Of a DNA stretch of 64,000 bases, positions 60,427 to 64,000 are shown piece after piece. Under the pieces are notes generated by a model that was not told the DNA's origin, did not search any database, and saw nothing but the letters and a program-made list of their open reading frames with translations. This stretch comes from Myxococcota bacterium. GTDB taxonomy: Bacteria > Myxococcota_A > UBA796 > GCA-2862545. The stretch is from assembly GCA_039208735.1 (NCBI GenBank), contig JBCCQY010000002.1, positions 1 to 64,000 on the forward strand, in the 5' to 3' direction. Within the stretch, counting starts at the first letter, position 1; each line of letters opens with the position of its first letter. The translations under genes were made by a program, and so were the position numbers.

Positions 60427-61119
60427 TCACTCGGCTGCGGGCGCTTCGGCTCCCTCTGCCGCCTCACCCTCCGCGGGAGCTTCTGCGTCTTCCGCCTCGG
60501 CCGGCGCCTCGCCACCCGCGGCCGCGATCGTCAGGGGAACCGAAACCTCGGCCCAGCGAAGTGCGATGCCGTCGTCGGTACCCTGAATATCGAAGGCTTC
60601 GACCAACTCGGCTTCGATGGGCTTCGACGTCACGCGCAAGGCGTCTTGCGCTTCGTCATACTTGAACGCGCCCCACTGCTTGGGCTGCTTGTTGAAAATG
60701 ATCCCCCATTCATCTTCGCCGGGGATCGTGAACAAAGCGTACACACCCTTGCCGAGCGGCTGTCCCTGAACCGTCACATCCTGTTCGAACGCAATGGTCG
60801 AGGCTTCGTCAGCCCCTGTGCGCCAGATCTGGCCGTAGGTCACAAGACCGCCGAACACCGTCCGACCGCGCATCTCGGGTCGGCCGAAACGCACGTCGAC
60901 TTTGGCCCCACCTGCTTCATGAACGAGCTGACCATTCTTGCTCGCGCGACCGGCATCGTCGCCGCGAGCTGGGATCTCCATGGACGCCGCTTCGGGAGCG
61001 GGCGCCTCGGGCGTCGCCTCAGCCACGGGGGCTTCCGCCGCCGCATCCGCAGGCTCAACCTTGTTTTGCGAGTTGCAGCCGGCCAAAAGCGCCGCGACCA
61101 CCCAACCTGCACCCATCAT
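60427..61119 (-). CDS. DUF2911-domain lipoprotein
   Basis: LAGC lipobox, RP.MRGR.VFGGLV.YG.IWRTGADE, YALFTIP, WGAFKYD. AAAGGAGG SD. Confidence 0.9.
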   Translation of the reverse strand: MMGAGWVVAALLAGCNSQNKVEPADAAAEAPVAEATPEAPAPEAASMEIPARGDDAGRASKNGQLVHEAGGAKVDVRFGRPEMRGRTVFGGLVTYGQIWRTGADEASTIAFEQDVTVQGQPLGKGVYALFTIPGEDEWGIIFNKQPKQWGAFKYDEAQDALRVTSKPIEAELVEAFDIQGTDDGIALRWAEVSVPLTIAAAGGEAPAEAEDAEAPAEGEAAEGAEAPAAE

Positions 61120-61178
61120 GGTGACTCCTCCTTTCCGAGCAGTTGGGTACAATCCTGGTCGCCTAACAGCAAGCGACG

Positions 61179-62567
61179 TCACAGCGACAGTCGAACGCCC
61201 GAGCCGTGTTGCTGCTTGAGATATTCGTGCAACCGAATGCGCCGATCCGGCGTTCCGGCCACAGACAGGAACTCACCCTGGCCCTGCGGCAGAGTCTGCG
61301 TCCATCGGTCGGGACCCTTCACACCATAATTATCGCCATAGTACGACATGACCCAGATGTTAGTGCCATCCTGCGCAAAGGTCGCCCGGGCTTCTTCCAT
61401 CGTTTCGCGCTCAAAGGTGGCCGCATCAATGCCTCGGAGGTCGCGCGCGTAGTACTTCGTGTCCGTCCGCAGCCCCTGGCCATAGAAGTACTCCCAGCGC
61501 GATTCGACGAAGCCATCCGCGGTGCGTTCTCCCCCTCCGGTCAGGTCGACGCTCGCAGACCCATCCCGAGGCCACCCATGGGTCATGAAAATGATCGTCT
61601 GGGTGTCGACGACCGACGGCAGCCCCGCAAACCGTGCTTTCGCGAACCGCAACGCCATCTGAAAATTCTGCAGTCCATTTTCTGGCGATCCCGGTCCGCC
61701 GGGCCCTTCATCCTCATCGGAATAAATGCGGAAGTTCAGTGGGTAGCATCCGCCCAATTGGGGATTGGTGAAGTCGTCATCGCCGAGCGTCGCCGGATCT
61801 TTTGCCGTCGAAGTCGACAGGAATGCGCCGCTGGCACTGTTGTTCGCGCAATACGGAATCATCGCGGTATTCTCGAGGCGCAACGCGATCTCACCGGCTC
61901 GACTGCCGGGAGTGATGGCCTCCCATTCCGCACTGCGCGCAGAATTCATGAAGTGGTCGATCATCGACTTGGGCGTGGAGTGCTCCCACACGTAGTGTGC
62001 GGTGTACTGCGAAAGCCCCGCCCAAATCGCACTGGGCCGCTGCGCCATCACATCAAACAGTTCGAGCAGGTGATTACGTATCGGCGTGAAATCGCGATCG
62101 AATAGGGGAATGGTTCCATCCACCATGATCATGACCGCATGCACACCGTTGCTCGCCACCGCCGATCGACGAGTCGCAAACTCCTCAAAACCCCAAATCG
62201 AGGACAGAACAAAGGGCAGATTGCCTCGCATGACTTCGGCCCGGACCGCCGAGGCGGTGGGCAAGCCGGTTGGCGTAAAGACTCTGGATGCAGGTTCGTA
62301 ATCACCGAATTCCAACACGGACAGAACCCCTGGTGCAGACAAGACCGGGTTGGCATTTACCGTTTTGTCGGCCACGACTTGTGCCAACGCCAGATCTCGC
62401 GTTCGATTGAGCTCAATCAGCGTCGAAACGCTGGTGGCATCGGCGGCCACCTGGGTCTCCTCTTCGAGGTGACGCACCAACTGAACGTCTACCGCCAAGG
62501 CCCCAAACCCGAGCAATACAAACACCAACACCGAGAAGAGCAACGCATAGTTGCCACGACTGCGCAT
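61179..62567 (-). CDS. TadG-like pilus assembly protein with degenerate vWA domain
   Basis: RGNYALLFSV..LLGFGALAVDV..Q.AADA, then MIMVDGT, IIFMTHG.P and GQGEF. Confidence 0.75.
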   Translation of the reverse strand: MRSRGNYALLFSVLVFVLLGFGALAVDVQLVRHLEEETQVAADATSVSTLIELNRTRDLALAQVVADKTVNANPVLSAPGVLSVLEFGDYEPASRVFTPTGLPTASAVRAEVMRGNLPFVLSSIWGFEEFATRRSAVASNGVHAVMIMVDGTIPLFDRDFTPIRNHLLELFDVMAQRPSAIWAGLSQYTAHYVWEHSTPKSMIDHFMNSARSAEWEAITPGSRAGEIALRLENTAMIPYCANNSASGAFLSTSTAKDPATLGDDDFTNPQLGGCYPLNFRIYSDEDEGPGGPGSPENGLQNFQMALRFAKARFAGLPSVVDTQTIIFMTHGWPRDGSASVDLTGGGERTADGFVESRWEYFYGQGLRTDTKYYARDLRGIDAATFERETMEEARATFAQDGTNIWVMSYYGDNYGVKGPDRWTQTLPQGQGEFLSVAGTPDRRIRLHEYLKQQHGSGVRLSL

Positions 62568-62675
62568 CGGTTCCCCCCCAATACGGGGGGCATTGTGTCC
62601 GATCTCGCGCCACCACGCATTAAACAACCGTGACAGAAATGGCCGCAGCCCCTAAGCGTGGTGTAGCCTCCGGCC

Positions 62676-64000
62676 ATGTCAGACGAAACCTTGGATGTTG
62701 AACCGGTGACGGCGGGCGAACGCGCCCTCATCGAGGCGGTGAAGAAGGGTCGGCGCGCCCGGTGCCGTGGTGAAGTGGTGCGAGCGTCGATGGTGCGACG
62801 CATCGCGATGGAGGGCGTGCCAGGCGGACCGGTCCCCTCGAGCATCGCCATCGACGAAGCGATCATCGAGGGCATGCTCGACCTCGAAGGGTGTGCCATC
62901 GATTGGCCGCTGCTGTTCTTCGCCTGCCAATTCGGAAGCCCGGGCCATCGCAAGGAACCGTTGGTCGTTCGCGATGCACGGTTGCGCCGGCTTGGCTTGC
63001 ACGAATGCCAGGTGTACGGCGGCATCAAGGCCGAACGCATTCAGGTCGAAAGCAGCTTGTTTATGGGCCGCGTCAATGTGGATGGCCCTCTCCGAATGCG
63101 CGGCGCCAAGATTGGAGGGTCGCTCAACCTCGAAGAGGCCACGCTGCGGGAGCCGGGCAATGCGATCTCGCTCGATAGCGCCGAAATCGGCGGCAACTGG
63201 CTCATGCGCGACGCCCGCATCGAAGGCACCGTGCGATTTTTGGGCGCGACGCTGAACGGCAGCCTCCTCATGGAGGGCGCCGACATCCGTTCGGTAGGCC
63301 TTGCCATGTCGGCCGATAGCGCTGACATTCAGGGGGCTTGGGTCCTCAACAAGGCCACGGTAGCGGGCTGGGTCCGGCTGCGTTCCGCCAAGCTACGAGC
63401 GTTCGTAGCCACCAATGCGGCCTTTCTCGAACCGGTGGATGCCAACACCCTAAGTCGCCCGCCGCTGCCCCCCGACGACCAAGTGCTCGTGCCCGCCGAT
63501 GAGCTGCCGGTGCCCGACGCCGATGCCGAAACCCGCGAGTCGACCCCGATGTGGGCCCGCGACCCCCGCGACCAAAGCCACCCGCAAATCGTGGTGAACC
63601 TCAACGGGGCTCGCGTCGACGGCGACATCGCCCTGCGCCGTTCGACCGTGGTGGGCGGTCTGTCGATCCGCCATGCCTACATCGAAGGGGTGGTGACCCT
63701 GGAACGCGCGACCATTGAAGGCTCCCCGCCGGCCCTCGATGCGACCGGCATCAATGCGAGCCAGGGCATCGCGCTTGACCATGCGGTGGTCAAGGGTGGC
63801 CTGACCCTCGAAGGCGCCCGGGTGAGTCGGGACCTTGCCGCAACGGGCCTCACGGTGAAGACGGTGCGGGGCCGCGCCATCACCGCAGACGTCATTCGGG
63901 TCGAAGGCAACTGGCTCATGCGTGGTGCAAAGCTCACCGGCACGGTTCGCATGTCGGGCGCTCAAATCGACGGCCAGCTGGCGATGGCGGACTGCCGCGT
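62676..64000 (+). CDS. Partial beta-solenoid (pentapeptide-like) repeat protein, runs off the window
   Basis: ATG at 62676 (MSDETLDVEPVTAGERALIEA..). Repeated l.GA.I.G.L.l..A units. No stop seen before 64000, so it is absent from the ORF track. Confidence 0.75.
   Translation, partial: MSDETLDVEPVTAGERALIEAVKKGRRARCRGEVVRASMVRRIAMEGVPGGPVPSSIAIDEAIIEGMLDLEGCAIDWPLLFFACQFGSPGHRKEPLVVRDARLRRLGLHECQVYGGIKAERIQVESSLFMGRVNVDGPLRMRGAKIGGSLNLEEATLREPGNAISLDSAEIGGNWLMRDARIEGTVRFLGATLNGSLLMEGADIRSVGLAMSADSADIQGAWVLNKATVAGWVRLRSAKLRAFVATNAAFLEPVDANTLSRPPLPPDDQVLVPADELPVPDADAETRESTPMWARDPRDQSHPQIVVNLNGARVDGDIALRRSTVVGGLSIRHAYIEGVVTLERATIEGSPPALDATGINASQGIALDHAVVKGGLTLEGARVSRDLAATGLTVKTVRGRAITADVIRVEGNWLMRGAKLTGTVRMSGAQIDGQLAMADCR

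Overview
High-GC chromosomal segment from a Gram-negative bacterium, most likely Myxococcota-like. That assignment is inferred from the Ser/Thr kinases, the FHA protein, the myxobacterial Cys-rich repeats and the TolC/RND pump. No rRNA, tRNA, CRISPR array, integrase, transposase or reverse transcriptase was recognised. In order, the window holds: (1) the 3' tail of a probable AAA-ATPase 'FtsH ternary'-type locus; (2) a leuA-leuC-leuD-leuB operon behind a complete ribosome-mediated attenuator whose Leu-rich leader peptide is missing from the ORF track; (3) arsH, a HIT protein, an ABC exporter and a split Ntox23-like gene; (4) a membrane-tethered ECF sigma factor with a C-terminal PDZ domain, and two LysR units; (5) a divergent pair of secreted proteases (HEXXH and CHAT) and a TolC-MFP-RND pump; (6) a matB-like ligase, an EamA transporter and thiC under a TPP riboswitch; (7) an XRE-PBP regulator with modABC; (8) a TetR-controlled acyl-CoA dehydrogenase/SDR/BKACE unit with a palindromic operator; (9) an SdpAB-like HTTM pair; (10) AlkZ- and AlkA-like glycosylases flanking a ~1,435-aa CsgG-like/TPR/2xFGE protein; (11) a VPGUxxT-type thioredoxin-MsrA-like fusion opposite a di-heme peroxidase; (12) a three-kinase/FHA cluster with two structured intergenic regions and a gene interrupted by a single in-frame TGA; (13) DUF4215, DUF2911, Tad/vWA and beta-solenoid genes. 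All family calls come from motif recognition by eye, with no database searches. Many start codons were re-picked relative to the ORF track.
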